Made by a program: the position numbers and the translations under genes
Assembly: GCA_902619045.1 (NCBI GenBank)
Contig: CACNCX010000001.1
Span: forward strand, 592-64,591
DNA length: 64,000 bases
Direction: 5' to 3'
Source of the DNA: an uncultured Alphaproteobacteria bacterium
GTDB taxonomy: Bacteria > Pseudomonadota > Alphaproteobacteria > HIMB59 > GCA-002718135
Shown: positions 19,014 to 29,448 of the stretch, one piece after another
Layout: each line of letters starts with the position of its first letter
Numbering within the stretch: position 1 is the stretch's first letter
Notes under the pieces: model-generated
Seen by the model: the letters and a program-made list of their open reading frames with translations, nothing else
Databases searched by the model: none
Told to the model about the DNA's origin: nothing

Positions 19014-20761
19014 TGTCTTCAGATAAAAAACAGTCAGTTACTTCAAGAATAGTTTTTGATTATTTAATGAGTCATAAACTCAAAATAATATTAGCTTTAT
19101 TTATGATGGTTATCTCAGCAGGAGCAACAGGTCTACATGCTTGGTTAGTAAGACCTGCACTTGATGAAGTCTTAATCAAAGGTAATAAAGAAATGTTATT
19201 TTTAATTCCAATTGCAATTATTATAGTGACACTCTGTAAAGGTTTGGCAACATATACTCACTCTTATCAAATGAGTAAAGTTGCACATTCTATTATTGCA
19301 AAACTTCAAACTCAGATGTTTGAAAAACTCATGTATCTGAATATGAAATTTTATAATGATTCTAAGTCAGGTAATTTAATTTCAAGACTCATCAATGATA
19401 CTTACTACTTAAGACTTGCAATAGTTAAATCTGTAACAGGAATTATAAAAGATGTTTTAGTAATTATTTTTTTACTAGGTAATATGTTTTACCAAAGTTG
19501 GACCCTAACTCTTTTTGCTTTTTTTGCATTCCCACTAGCAATTTGGCCTATAAGAAAAATTGGAAAGAGTATAAGAAAAATTACTTATACTATCCAAAAC
19601 GAAATAGCGATTTTTTCAAATGTATTAGCTGAGAGTATCAAAGGTATTAGACAAGTAAAAGCATACTCTAGAGAAAACTATGAAAAACAAAGAGCTTTTG
19701 AAACAATTAGTTTCATTCAAAAATATTTCACAAAATCTGCTTTTATTAGCAATCGCTTAAGTCCTTTAATGGAATTTATTGGAAGTTTAGCTGTAGCACT
19801 CTCAATTTATGCTGGGGGTGTTTTTGTTTTAAATGAAAGTATGACAACAGGTCAATTTATGAGTTTTTTAGTAAGTCTTCTTCTGGCTTATCAACCGGTA
19901 AAGGCACTTGGTAATCTAAACATTAGTGTCCAAGAAGGACTAGCTGGAGCTGAGAGAATTTTTAAACTTTTAGATACTAGCGAAAAAAATATGGAAAGTA
20001 TTTCTGCAAAAAAAACCATAGATCTTGATGGAGACATTGTTTTTAAAGATGTATCATTTGCATATAACGATAATACAGTGCTCGATAAAATAAGTTTAAG
20101 AATACCAAAAGGAAAAAAAATTGCATTAGTTGGCTTATCTGGATCTGGTAAATCAACAATAGCAAATATAATTTTGCGATTATATGATAATTATTCAGGC
20201 TCTATATTAATAAATTCTAAAGATATAAAAGAACTAAATCTGACAGATGTAAGAAATAGTGTTTCAATAGTAACACAAGAAACAATTTTATTTAACGAGA
20301 GTATATTTAATAATATTAAATATGGAAACCTTGAAGCAAGTGATGAAGAGATTAGCTTAGTTGCTCAAAATGCTGGAGTAAAAAGTTTTTCAGAAGAATT
20401 AGATCAAAAACTACATACCGTTATCGGAGAAAACGGTATAAAATTATCAGGTGGACAACGACAAAGAATTGCTATTGCCCGAGCTCTAATAAAAGATGCG
20501 CCACTTTTAATAATGGATGAAGCTACATCTTCTCTTGATAATATAACTGAAAATAAAATTCATGAAACAATAAATAATCTTATGAAAAATAAGACCAAAT
20601 TAATAATTGCACATAGATTAAGCACAATAGAAGACGCAGACATAATCTACGTTTTGGATAAAGGCAAAATTGAAAGTCAAGGATCACATGAAGAGTTAAT
20701 TTCAAAATCAACTATTTATAAAAAATTACAACTAAGAGAACAGTTGGAAAATGAGTTTTAA
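19013..20761 (+). CDS. msbA: Lipid A/LPS flippase-type ABC exporter (MsbA-like, TMD-NBD fusion)
   Basis: Six-TM domain plus Walker A GLSGSGKST and signature LSGGQRQR. Sits next to lipid A genes. TAATG overlap with the ubiA stop. Confidence 0.85.
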   Translation: MSSDKKQSVTSRIVFDYLMSHKLKIILALFMMVISAGATGLHAWLVRPALDEVLIKGNKEMLFLIPIAIIIVTLCKGLATYTHSYQMSKVAHSIIAKLQTQMFEKLMYLNMKFYNDSKSGNLISRLINDTYYLRLAIVKSVTGIIKDVLVIIFLLGNMFYQSWTLTLFAFFAFPLAIWPIRKIGKSIRKITYTIQNEIAIFSNVLAESIKGIRQVKAYSRENYEKQRAFETISFIQKYFTKSAFISNRLSPLMEFIGSLAVALSIYAGGVFVLNESMTTGQFMSFLVSLLLAYQPVKALGNLNISVQEGLAGAERIFKLLDTSEKNMESISAKKTIDLDGDIVFKDVSFAYNDNTVLDKISLRIPKGKKIALVGLSGSGKSTIANIILRLYDNYSGSILINSKDIKELNLTDVRNSVSIVTQETILFNESIFNNIKYGNLEASDEEISLVAQNAGVKSFSEELDQKLHTVIGENGIKLSGGQRQRIAIARALIKDAPLLIMDEATSSLDNITENKIHETINNLMKNKTKLIIAHRLSTIEDADIIYVLDKGKIESQGSHEELISKSTIYKKLQLREQLENEF

Positions 20762-21422
20762 AAAAAAAATTTTTAAACTTTCTATATCTCAAAAAATTTT
20801 AGCTTTTATAGGTTATCTATATATCTTATTCGTATGTTACACTTCTAAAATACAGATTATAAACTCTGAATTACCAGAAAAATTGTGGAGAGAAAATAAA
20901 CCATTTATTTTAGCATTTTGGCATGGTCAATTAATGATGATAGGACATGTATGGAAAAGTAAAGCTGTGTTAAATATGTTAGCATCTAGTCATAGTGATG
21001 GTCGTTTTGGTGCATATATTGCCGGTCATTTCAATTTAAAAAATGTTTCTATAATGTCAAAAAATAAATCACCTTCATTAAGAAAAGTTTTTAAAATTTT
21101 AAAAGATAACAATTATATCGGTATTACTCCTGATGGACCAAGAGGTCCAAATAAGAAAGTCTCAGAAGGAATTATAAAAATTGCAGTACATTCTCAAGTA
21201 CCAATTATACCACTTGGTTTTGCTTCAAATAAGAATGTTAAACTTAAATCTTGGGACTCATTTTTAATAACATATCCATTTTCAAAATGTAGATTTGTCT
21301 GGGGTGAGTCAATTATTATTCCTTCTTCTGTAAAAGACGATGATTTAGACAAATATAAGAATTACTTGGAACAAAAAATTAATGATTGCATGGAAACAGC
21401 AGAAAAAAATCTAAATGCTTAG
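20751..21422 (+). CDS. DUF374-family (lysophospholipid acyltransferase-like) protein
   Basis: WHGQLMM and TPDGPRGP blocks. The position between msbA and waaA is typical of alphaproteobacteria. Confidence 0.75.
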   Translation: MSFKKKIFKLSISQKILAFIGYLYILFVCYTSKIQIINSELPEKLWRENKPFILAFWHGQLMMIGHVWKSKAVLNMLASSHSDGRFGAYIAGHFNLKNVSIMSKNKSPSLRKVFKILKDNNYIGITPDGPRGPNKKVSEGIIKIAVHSQVPIIPLGFASNKNVKLKSWDSFLITYPFSKCRFVWGESIIIPSSVKDDDLDKYKNYLEQKINDCMETAEKNLNA

Positions 21423-22635
21423 AATATATCAAATACTCAGTACTCTTCTCATACCTGTAATTATTTTTAATATATTAATTCGCATCTATAGAAAAAAAGA
21501 GGATAGAGTAAGATTTATTGAAAGGTTTGGGAAGCCAACGGTAAAAAAAAGTAGTGAGAAAAAAATTTTATGGATACATGCAGCAAGTATTGGCGAATTT
21601 AAATCTTCAGATTTAATTATAGAACGATATCATAAAATATTTGATATTTTAGTGACTACAACAACAAAATCTTCAGCAGAATATATTGAGGAATTCTATA
21701 AAAATAAAATTACCCATCAGTATATTCCATTTGACGTGTCTCTATGGTGTTCAAGATTTTTAAATTTTTGGAAGCCAAATCTTATTCTGTGGATCGAGTC
21801 AGATATTTGGCCAAATATGCTTAATAAAATTAGTGTTAAAAATATTAATTGTTTATATTTAAATGCAAGGATTTCTCCAACTTCTTTTAAAAAATGGAAA
21901 AGTACAAAAAATTTCTACAGAAATTCATTAAAGAGTTTTAATAAAATCTTTGCACAAAGCACAGATGATAAAAATAGAATTCAAGAATTAACAAACTTAC
22001 AAATTGACTATGTTGGAAATTTAAAATTGGCTAAGAATAATAACAATTATTCAATAAATAAAGATCAATCAAATACAATCATGATTGCAAGTACTCATTC
22101 AAATGAAGAAAAAGAGATAATCAAATGTATTAAAGAAACAATTCGTGAATTTAATTTAAAAATTTATCTTGCACCAAGGCACCCAGAAAGAATTAGTACA
22201 ATTAAGAAAGAGTTAAATAATGAAGGGTTTAATATTTCTTTAGAATCTAAAAAAGAATATGAAGAAAATAATATCGTATTAATTGATAGTTTTGGAAAAT
22301 TAGATCAATATTTTAAAATTAGTGATTTAGTTATTTTAGGTGGTTCTTTTTTCAAAGATATTGGTGGACATAATCCTATAGAACCTGCAAGTTATGGATG
22401 TGCTATTATTAGCGGTAATTATGTTGATAATTGGACTAATATTTATGAAGATATGGTAAAAGCAAATTCATGTATAATTGTAAATAGGTTTGAAGATATT
22501 GATATAAAGATGAAAGAATTACTAAATAATAATTTGGAAATTAAAAAAATCCAAGCAAATGCACTTGAGTTTTCAAATAGATCTTTCTTTGAGAAAGAAA
22601 AACTTTACCAAAACATTGAAAAGTACATCAATTAA
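21415..22635 (+). CDS. waaA: 3-deoxy-D-manno-octulosonic acid (Kdo) transferase
   Basis: N-terminal WIHAASIGE motif, 406 aa, lipid A cluster context. Confidence 0.9.
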   Translation: MLRIYQILSTLLIPVIIFNILIRIYRKKEDRVRFIERFGKPTVKKSSEKKILWIHAASIGEFKSSDLIIERYHKIFDILVTTTTKSSAEYIEEFYKNKITHQYIPFDVSLWCSRFLNFWKPNLILWIESDIWPNMLNKISVKNINCLYLNARISPTSFKKWKSTKNFYRNSLKSFNKIFAQSTDDKNRIQELTNLQIDYVGNLKLAKNNNNYSINKDQSNTIMIASTHSNEEKEIIKCIKETIREFNLKIYLAPRHPERISTIKKELNNEGFNISLESKKEYEENNIVLIDSFGKLDQYFKISDLVILGGSFFKDIGGHNPIEPASYGCAIISGNYVDNWTNIYEDMVKANSCIIVNRFEDIDIKMKELLNNNLEIKKIQANALEFSNRSFFEKEKLYQNIEKYIN

Positions 22636-22636
22636 A

Positions 22637-23635
22637 ATGCTTAAAGCTCCTAAATTTTGGTATAAAAAAAATGACACATACTTATCAAACTCTTTATATC
22701 CACTTTCATTATTGTTTAGATTTGGAACGAAAATAAGAAATTTTGTAAGTAGAAAATCTTCATCTGGCATTCCAGTAATTTGCATTGGAAATATAGTGGT
22801 GGGAGGAGCTGGTAAAACTCCAGTTGCTTTAAAAATTGGAAATTTATTAAAATTTAATGGATATAATCCTCACTTTGTTTCAAGAGGATATGGTGGCGTA
22901 GAAAAATCTAATGTTCTTGTTAAAGAATGGCACTCAGCAAAAAGTGTTGGTGATGAATCTTTATTACTAGCTGAAGTTGCGCCAACTTGGATTGGTCAAA
23001 ATAGAAGTAAATCCTTTATTTTAGCTAAAGAAAAAGGTGCCGATTGTATAATTATGGATGATGGTTTTCAAAATCCAGCTCTACAAAAAGATTTTTCAAT
23101 TATTGTAATTAATGGAGAACAGGGATTTGGAAATAAAAGGGTAATCCCGTCTGGCCCTCTTAGAGAAAGTATATCAAGAGGTATTTCCAGAGCAAATCTT
23201 GTAATCGTAATTGGAGAAATATCTCAAGATGTAAAGGATAAAATTCCAAGCACTGTCCCGATTATTCATGCTAAATTTCAAATAAGTACAGATAATAAAA
23301 TATATAAGAATCAAAAAGTAACAGCTTTTGCAGGTATTGCTTATCCTGAAAAATTTTATAATTCACTTACTGAACAAGGTGCTATTCTAGAAAGAAAAAT
23401 CAGCTATCCTGATCACCATATTTTTGATGAAAATGATATGTTAAATTTAGCAGAAAATGCAAATCTTACAAAATCAGTATTAGTTACTACGAAAAAAGAT
23501 TTTGTTAGAATTCCTAAATCCTATCGATCTTTAGTGAGCACTTTGAATGGAGAAATTAAATTTGAAGATGAAAATCTACTTAAAGAAATATTAGGTAATA
23601 TTTTAGAGAATAAAATAAATGATTTAGCGATATGA
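22637..23635 (+). CDS. lpxK: Tetraacyldisaccharide 4'-kinase
   Basis: P-loop GNIVVGGAGKTP. Start moved to the ATG at 22637 (MLKAPKFWYKK), 1 nt after the waaA stop. The track's 22559 start lies inside waaA. Confidence 0.9.
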   Translation: MLKAPKFWYKKNDTYLSNSLYPLSLLFRFGTKIRNFVSRKSSSGIPVICIGNIVVGGAGKTPVALKIGNLLKFNGYNPHFVSRGYGGVEKSNVLVKEWHSAKSVGDESLLLAEVAPTWIGQNRSKSFILAKEKGADCIIMDDGFQNPALQKDFSIIVINGEQGFGNKRVIPSGPLRESISRGISRANLVIVIGEISQDVKDKIPSTVPIIHAKFQISTDNKIYKNQKVTAFAGIAYPEKFYNSLTEQGAILERKISYPDHHIFDENDMLNLAENANLTKSVLVTTKKDFVRIPKSYRSLVSTLNGEIKFEDENLLKEILGNILENKINDLAI

Positions 23636-24495
23636 AAAATATAATTTATTTTTTTGAATATATTATAGTTTTTTTAATATTTTTTTTATTTAAAATTTTG
23701 CCATTAAATTTATCTGCTAAATTTACTTCTTTTATATTTACCACTTTTGGCGCATTATCTGGTGCGAACAAGACTGCAATTAAAAATTGCAAATTTGTTT
23801 TCCCCAATATGAAAGAGGAAGAAGTTAAAAGTATAGTTAAAAAAAGTTGGGATAACCTAGGTAGGACAATTTCAGAACTTCCTAGGTTAAACTACTTATT
23901 TGATAAAAAAAAAATAAAATACAATAAAATTGAAAATATTGAAAATTTAATTAAAAATAAATCCCAAGGAATATTTATATGTATTCATCAGTCTAATTGG
24001 GAAGTCGTAGTACCTAGTCTAGATAGAATTGGTATAAATCTAGGTGCAGTATATAGGCATATTAATAATCATTTTTTAGATAAACTATTATTAAAAATTA
24101 GAACAAATTCGCTTGTATCTTCTAGGAGTTTTTATACTCCAAAAGGTAAAAAAAGTGCTAAAGATATAACTGCAGCTTTAAGAAATTCTTTATCAATGGT
24201 GGTTGTAATTGATCAAAAAGATTCTTCTGGAGAAGAAGTGTTATTTTTTAAACGTAAAGTTAAAACACAAACAGGTTTTTTAAAACTAGCTAGAAAATAT
24301 AAATTACCAATAATCCCAATTAAAAATAAAAGAATTAATAATGGAAAAATTGAGCTTACCTTTCTTGAACCTTTTTATCACAATGATGTAAATATCAGTG
24401 ATAATAAAATGATGGAAAAAATTCATTATAAGATTGAAGAGTGGATTAAAGCAGAACCAACTCAATGGTTCTGGCAACATAAAAGATTTAGTTAA
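23632..24495 (+). CDS. lpxL: Lipid A biosynthesis (Kdo)2-lipid IVA acyltransferase (LpxL/HtrB family)
   Basis: N-terminal TM, HQSNWE (Hx4E/D) acyltransferase motif, follows lpxK. Confidence 0.8.
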   Translation: MKNIIYFFEYIIVFLIFFLFKILPLNLSAKFTSFIFTTFGALSGANKTAIKNCKFVFPNMKEEEVKSIVKKSWDNLGRTISELPRLNYLFDKKKIKYNKIENIENLIKNKSQGIFICIHQSNWEVVVPSLDRIGINLGAVYRHINNHFLDKLLLKIRTNSLVSSRSFYTPKGKKSAKDITAALRNSLSMVVVIDQKDSSGEEVLFFKRKVKTQTGFLKLARKYKLPIIPIKNKRINNGKIELTFLEPFYHNDVNISDNKMMEKIHYKIEEWIKAEPTQWFWQHKRFS

Positions 24496-25819
24496 TTTTT
24501 TTTACCTTTATATCAATTGTACCATCAATAAGCTTAACAGATAACTGATCATTAGTTTCAATTTTTTTTGTAGTCTTAACAATTTTCTTTTTATTCATCA
24601 AAATAGAGTATCCCTTTTTAAGATTTGAAGAGATAGAATTTGAATTAAGTAGTCTAATATTTGCTTTATATTTTTCAAGATTATCTTTGTAGTTATTAGC
24701 AATATTTAAATTAAGATTTTTTGAAAGATTATTTATCTTTGTTTGTGTGAAGCTTACTAAAGAATCTGGCGAAATTACAGATTTACGTAAATTTATGAGT
24801 TTTAATTTCGATATGCTAAATTTGTTTTCAATTGATAATGTTAAATTTTTAAAATCATCTAAAAGTTTCTCCTTGTAATTATTAATTATTGAACTTGGTG
24901 ACTTAAGAAACTTATTTAAGTATTCATAATTTTCCTTTTTGGACTGAATTTGTGAATTAATTTTTGTGTTTAATCTAAGTTGTAAATTTTTAATCTTTTC
25001 TATTAATTCAAATTTCACTGGGGTAGCTTTTTCAGCTGCCGCCGTTGGTGTAGAAGCTCTTAAATCTGATACCAAATCAATAATGGTGGTATCTGTTTCA
25101 TGACCTATTGCTGAAATAATTGGTATTTTTGATTCAAAAACACTTGTTGCAAGATTTTCATCATTAAATGACATTAAATCTTCTGTACTACCGCCGCCTC
25201 TAGCAACAATAAGAATATCGGGTTTTCCAGATTTAAGTTTGTTGAAACCTTCGATAGCATTTATAATGCTATCTGCTGCGTCAACACCCTGTACAGAAAC
25301 AGGCCATATGTCTAAAGGCATTGGAAAACGATCATTAACTCTATTAATTATGTCGTGTACTACAGAGCCAGTGGGAGAGGTAATAATACCTAACCTCTCA
25401 GGTAAAAAGGGTAATGGGATTTTTTTATCTTCATCAAAATAACCTTTTTTTTGAAGTCTTTTTTTCCTTTCTTCAATAAGTTTTAAAAGTGCACCCTCTC
25501 CTGCAATTTCAATTTTATCAATATCTATTTGGTAAGTAGTTTTATAACGAGACCAAGTGGTTATTCTTCCAGTTGCAATTATTTCTAGTCCTATTTCTGG
25601 ATTTATATCTAAATATTTTTTTTTCTGATCCCAAATAACTCCGCTCAAAATAGAATCCTCATCTTTAAGTGTTAGATAGATTTGACCTCTTGTTGCAGTT
25701 TTAACTTCTGAAATCTCCCCTTTAATTCTTACATAATTAAAATTAGACTCAATTACTTCTTTAAAAGCTTGATTAAATTCTGAAACTTCAAATTCTGGTA
25801 TATTAATTTTATCTATCAC
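24488..25819 (-). CDS. xseA: Exodeoxyribonuclease VII large subunit
   Basis: N-terminal OB fold (VRIKGEISEV), the catalytic block RGGGSTEDL and a long coiled-coil C-terminus. Confidence 0.9.
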   Translation of the reverse strand: MIDKINIPEFEVSEFNQAFKEVIESNFNYVRIKGEISEVKTATRGQIYLTLKDEDSILSGVIWDQKKKYLDINPEIGLEIIATGRITTWSRYKTTYQIDIDKIEIAGEGALLKLIEERKKRLQKKGYFDEDKKIPLPFLPERLGIITSPTGSVVHDIINRVNDRFPMPLDIWPVSVQGVDAADSIINAIEGFNKLKSGKPDILIVARGGGSTEDLMSFNDENLATSVFESKIPIISAIGHETDTTIIDLVSDLRASTPTAAAEKATPVKFELIEKIKNLQLRLNTKINSQIQSKKENYEYLNKFLKSPSSIINNYKEKLLDDFKNLTLSIENKFSISKLKLINLRKSVISPDSLVSFTQTKINNLSKNLNLNIANNYKDNLEKYKANIRLLNSNSISSNLKKGYSILMNKKKIVKTTKKIETNDQLSVKLIDGTIDIKVKKIN

Positions 25820-26276
25820 TTTTATTTTTAAAAAATTTTTTTAATAAACTACTACATTCTTTTTCCATAATGCCACCATAAATAATTGGCATAAATATAT
25901 TTTGTCTTTGAAAAGCAACTCGAAGTTTTTCAATTCCTCCATTTTTTTCATCATATGCACCGAAATATATATCTTTAATATGTACTTCACTTATTGCACT
26001 AGCGCACATAGTGCATGGTTCTAATGTTACAAATAATGTCATATTCTCTAAATATTTTAGCTTTAGTCTTTCACAAGTTTCTTGAATTAGATTTAACTCA
26101 CAATGTTTGATAGCATTTTTATCTTTATTTACTGTATTGTAGCTTCTTGCTACAATTTTGTTCGTTGTATTATCAACAAGTATTCCTCCAACTGGAACCT
26201 CATTTAAATTATAAGCCTTGTCTGCTTCAATAATTGCTTCTTTCATAAAAAAATTAACGTTCATTCTGGAACACAC
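25809..26276 (-). CDS. tadA: tRNA-specific adenosine deaminase
   Basis: HCE and PCTMCASAI zinc motifs. The true start may be an internal Met (MKEAIIEADKA, about 26246). Confidence 0.85.
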   Translation of the reverse strand: MCSRMNVNFFMKEAIIEADKAYNLNEVPVGGILVDNTTNKIVARSYNTVNKDKNAIKHCELNLIQETCERLKLKYLENMTLFVTLEPCTMCASAISEVHIKDIYFGAYDEKNGGIEKLRVAFQRQNIFMPIIYGGIMEKECSSLLKKFFKNKSDR

Positions 26277-26304
26277 TTATGTTGTACATTATAATTGAAT
26301 TATA

Positions 26305-27003
26305 ATGAAAAAACCAATTATTGGAATAACTCTTGATAGTGAAAAAAAGAAAACATACTCAAAATTTCCATGGTATGCATTGAGAGAAAATTACTTAACT
26401 TCCTTAACAAAATTTAATGCCATTCCTTTTCCCCTGTTACATGAAAAAAAATATATTAGCGATTTTTGTGATTTAATTGATGGTTTAATTATTACTGGAG
26501 GTGATTTTGATATTAATCCTAAATTATATAAAACAAGTAATACTCAATCTAAAAATATAAAAAATAAGAGGACAAATTTTGAATTAAATATTTTCAATAA
26601 TTTTTTCAAATATAACAAACCTATATTGGGAATTTGTGGTGGTGCGCAACTTATCAACGTTGCATGTGGTGGAACATTAATACAAGATTTAAACAGAGAT
26701 CCAATAAACCATGAACAAGTAAATCCAAGAAATCAAACCAGTCACAGTGTTAATATTTTAAAAAATACTCAATTATATAAAATATGTGGGGCTCAAAAAA
26801 TTAAAGTTAACAGTGCACATCATCAGTCAGTAAAAAAAATTGGTAAAGACCTTAATGTTTCATGTTCAGCTAATGATGGTGTTATTGAAGGAATAGAACA
26901 CAAAAAACACAAATGGTGTATTGGCTTACAATGGCACCCCGAATTTTTAATTACAAAATCTGATATAAAAATAATAAAAAATTTTATTAATGAAGCAAAG
27001 TGA
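26305..27003 (+). CDS. Peptidase C26 / gamma-glutamyl-GABA hydrolase-like class I glutamine amidotransferase
   Basis: GICGGAQL nucleophile, HHQ, LQWHPE motifs. Confidence 0.8.
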   Translation: MKKPIIGITLDSEKKKTYSKFPWYALRENYLTSLTKFNAIPFPLLHEKKYISDFCDLIDGLIITGGDFDINPKLYKTSNTQSKNIKNKRTNFELNIFNNFFKYNKPILGICGGAQLINVACGGTLIQDLNRDPINHEQVNPRNQTSHSVNILKNTQLYKICGAQKIKVNSAHHQSVKKIGKDLNVSCSANDGVIEGIEHKKHKWCIGLQWHPEFLITKSDIKIIKNFINEAK

Positions 27004-27692
27004 ATATTAGAATTTCAAAATATCTATCAGGTGCTGGAATTTGTTCACGAAGAGATGCAGAAAAATTAATTGTTGAAAAGAAAATTAAAATTAATAATCA
27101 AATATGTGCTCACCCAAGTCATAAAGTAAGTGATTTAGATATTATTAAAGTTAATAATAAAATTGTTAAAAAAATAAATAAAGTTGAAGTATGGAAGTTA
27201 TATAAACCAATTAAATATATTTGTAGTACAAAAGATAATTTAGGTAGGAAAAAAATTTTTGATTTATTACCAAAAAATATCGGTCAATTGATAAGTGTAG
27301 GAAGATTAGATTATATGAGTGAAGGGTTGATCTTGCTAACAAATAATGGCGATTATTCAAGATATTTAGAACACCCATCTTCAAACATTGAGCGGATCTA
27401 TAGAGTATGTATAAGTAGTAATGTACAAAATACTGATTTAGAAAAAATAAATAAAGGCATTACAATTAAAGAAATTAGTTATAAAAAAATTAAAGTTGCC
27501 TTTGAAAAAAAATTAAAAAAACAGAGTTGGTTAATTTTTAAACTAAAAGAAGGAAAAAATAGAGAGATTAGAAATATTTGTAATTATTTTTCATGGAATA
27601 TAGTTAAGTTAATAAGAATAGGATATGGCCCTTACAAGCTTGGTAAACTTAAAGAGGGGCAATTTCAAAAATTAAATACGATTATAAAATGA
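27000..27692 (+). CDS. rRNA pseudouridine synthase (RsuA/RluB family)
   Basis: S4 domain (ISKYLSGAGICSRRDAEKLI) and catalytic VGRLDYMSEGL. GTG start overlaps the upstream stop (GTGA). Confidence 0.85.
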   Translation: MNIRISKYLSGAGICSRRDAEKLIVEKKIKINNQICAHPSHKVSDLDIIKVNNKIVKKINKVEVWKLYKPIKYICSTKDNLGRKKIFDLLPKNIGQLISVGRLDYMSEGLILLTNNGDYSRYLEHPSSNIERIYRVCISSNVQNTDLEKINKGITIKEISYKKIKVAFEKKLKKQSWLIFKLKEGKNREIRNICNYFSWNIVKLIRIGYGPYKLGKLKEGQFQKLNTIIK

Positions 27693-28249
27693 TACGGATA
27701 ACTGGAGGGAAGTTTAAACAAAAAAAATTAGCTAGTATTAATGATTTTGTGAGACCAACTTCTTCTCTAAAAAGAGAAGCTTTTTTTTCAGTTATTGAAA
27801 GTTATGCAATCAAAAATTCAATTGAATTATATAAAAATAAAATTTTTTTAGATCTTTTCGCAGGTATTGGTACAATGGGTTTAGAAGCAATTTCTAGAGG
27901 TATGAGTGGAGTAATTTTTTTTGAAAATAATATTGAAGTTATTAATATTTTAAAAACCAATTGTTTAGATATTTGTAAAAACAATCAATTTAAAATTTAT
28001 GAAAAAGACCTTATTAATTCTAAATTAGAAATAGAATTTCAAAATATTTCAGTTGTTTATATTGATCCACCATATGCAAAGTATAATTTAACAAAGTTTT
28101 TAGAAAATTTATCAAATAAAATTAAAGATACTACTTTGATTGGTTTGGAGACAAGTATGAAAGATAATATTGTAATACCAGAAAATTTAAATCTACTTCA
28201 AAAAAAGACTTACGGTAAAACAATAATTTATTTTTTAAAATTATCTTAA
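27689..28249 (+). CDS. rsmD: 16S rRNA (guanine966-N2)-methyltransferase
   Basis: SAM motif DLFAGIGTMGLEA and DPPY motif. Confidence 0.85.
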   Translation: MIRITGGKFKQKKLASINDFVRPTSSLKREAFFSVIESYAIKNSIELYKNKIFLDLFAGIGTMGLEAISRGMSGVIFFENNIEVINILKTNCLDICKNNQFKIYEKDLINSKLEIEFQNISVVYIDPPYAKYNLTKFLENLSNKIKDTTLIGLETSMKDNIVIPENLNLLQKKTYGKTIIYFLKLS

Positions 28250-29440
28250 ATAAGTTTTCGTTAGTTTTTTACCTTGTTCAACAGCGGGCTGATCAAAAGG
28301 ATCTACATCTAAATACATACAGGAAGAAATAGTTTCTATTATACTAAATGATAATAATTTACCTAAGTTTTGTTCATCTATTTTAGGAATATAAATTTCT
28401 CTAAAACTAAAATCATTTAATTTAAAAGTTTCAATGGTTGCACGCTGTTCAGCTTCCATTAAATCTCCCATTGTTTTATCTTTAAAATAGTCAATATCAG
28501 TACCCTCAAACATATCATTATTAATTTTTATGCCCTTATTTGAATGATCTGTAGTGATAAAGGTAAAATATTTATCTTTAGGTCCATCTAAATACAATTG
28601 TAATTGACTATGCTGATCAGTGGTCCCTACTGAATGAATTGCTGTAATACCTTTATTATTTTTTCCAATACTTTCTGACCAAAGTTGAAGATACCATTTT
28701 CCAAAAAAATAAAGTGAATCAGAATATGTCATTAAAACATTATTAGTAAATTTTACATTTTCTTTTTGAGTTAAATATCTTCCAAGATCATAAGGTCTAT
28801 AATTATCAATATTATTAATTACTTCAGATGCTCCACTAAAAAGTGCATCTATATTTAATCCAGAAATGATTGCAGGAACTATACCAACATTGGTAAATAT
28901 AGAATATCTGCCTCCAACATCTTTATGATGCTCTAATAGTAAACAATTATTATCTTTTGCAATTTTAAAAAGTGGTGATTCTTTAAATTCAGTTATGATT
29001 AGAGTATTTGAAAAAAAATCTTCAACTTTGTTAGATTCTATTGCCTTTTGATAGAGACATGAAAATTGAGATAATGTCTCTGGTGTAGTACCCGATTTTG
29101 AAATAACCAAGAAGCCAGTTAGCTCAAAATTAATATTTTGAAAATTTTTTTCAAAATTAATAGGATCAACATTATCATAAAATTCTAAGATAATTTTATT
29201 ATTGGAAATAATATTATTTAATGCTCTAGCTCCTAAATTTGAACCTCCTGTACCAAATACAATTATTTTTTCTTTTTTCTCTTTAAATTGTTTTGAAATT
29301 TTTATGGTTTCTTCTAATAAATTTTTATCTGAAACAATATTCAAAGAAGGAAGTTTTTCAATTACATTAGTTATACTTTGATCAGTATCTTTATTTTGAG
29401 TGATTTTGTCAAAATTTGAATTAAAGTATTTTATTTCCAT
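28241..29440 (-). CDS. pgi: Glucose-6-phosphate isomerase (short form)
   Basis: PGI signature DVGGRYSIFTNVG and a SIS-domain GTGGSNLG block. Confidence 0.85.
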   Translation of the reverse strand: MEIKYFNSNFDKITQNKDTDQSITNVIEKLPSLNIVSDKNLLEETIKISKQFKEKKEKIIVFGTGGSNLGARALNNIISNNKIILEFYDNVDPINFEKNFQNINFELTGFLVISKSGTTPETLSQFSCLYQKAIESNKVEDFFSNTLIITEFKESPLFKIAKDNNCLLLEHHKDVGGRYSIFTNVGIVPAIISGLNIDALFSGASEVINNIDNYRPYDLGRYLTQKENVKFTNNVLMTYSDSLYFFGKWYLQLWSESIGKNNKGITAIHSVGTTDQHSQLQLYLDGPKDKYFTFITTDHSNKGIKINNDMFEGTDIDYFKDKTMGDLMEAEQRATIETFKLNDFSFREIYIPKIDEQNLGKLLSFSIIETISSCMYLDVDPFDQPAVEQGKKLTKTYLR

Positions 29441-29448
29441 TTATAAAA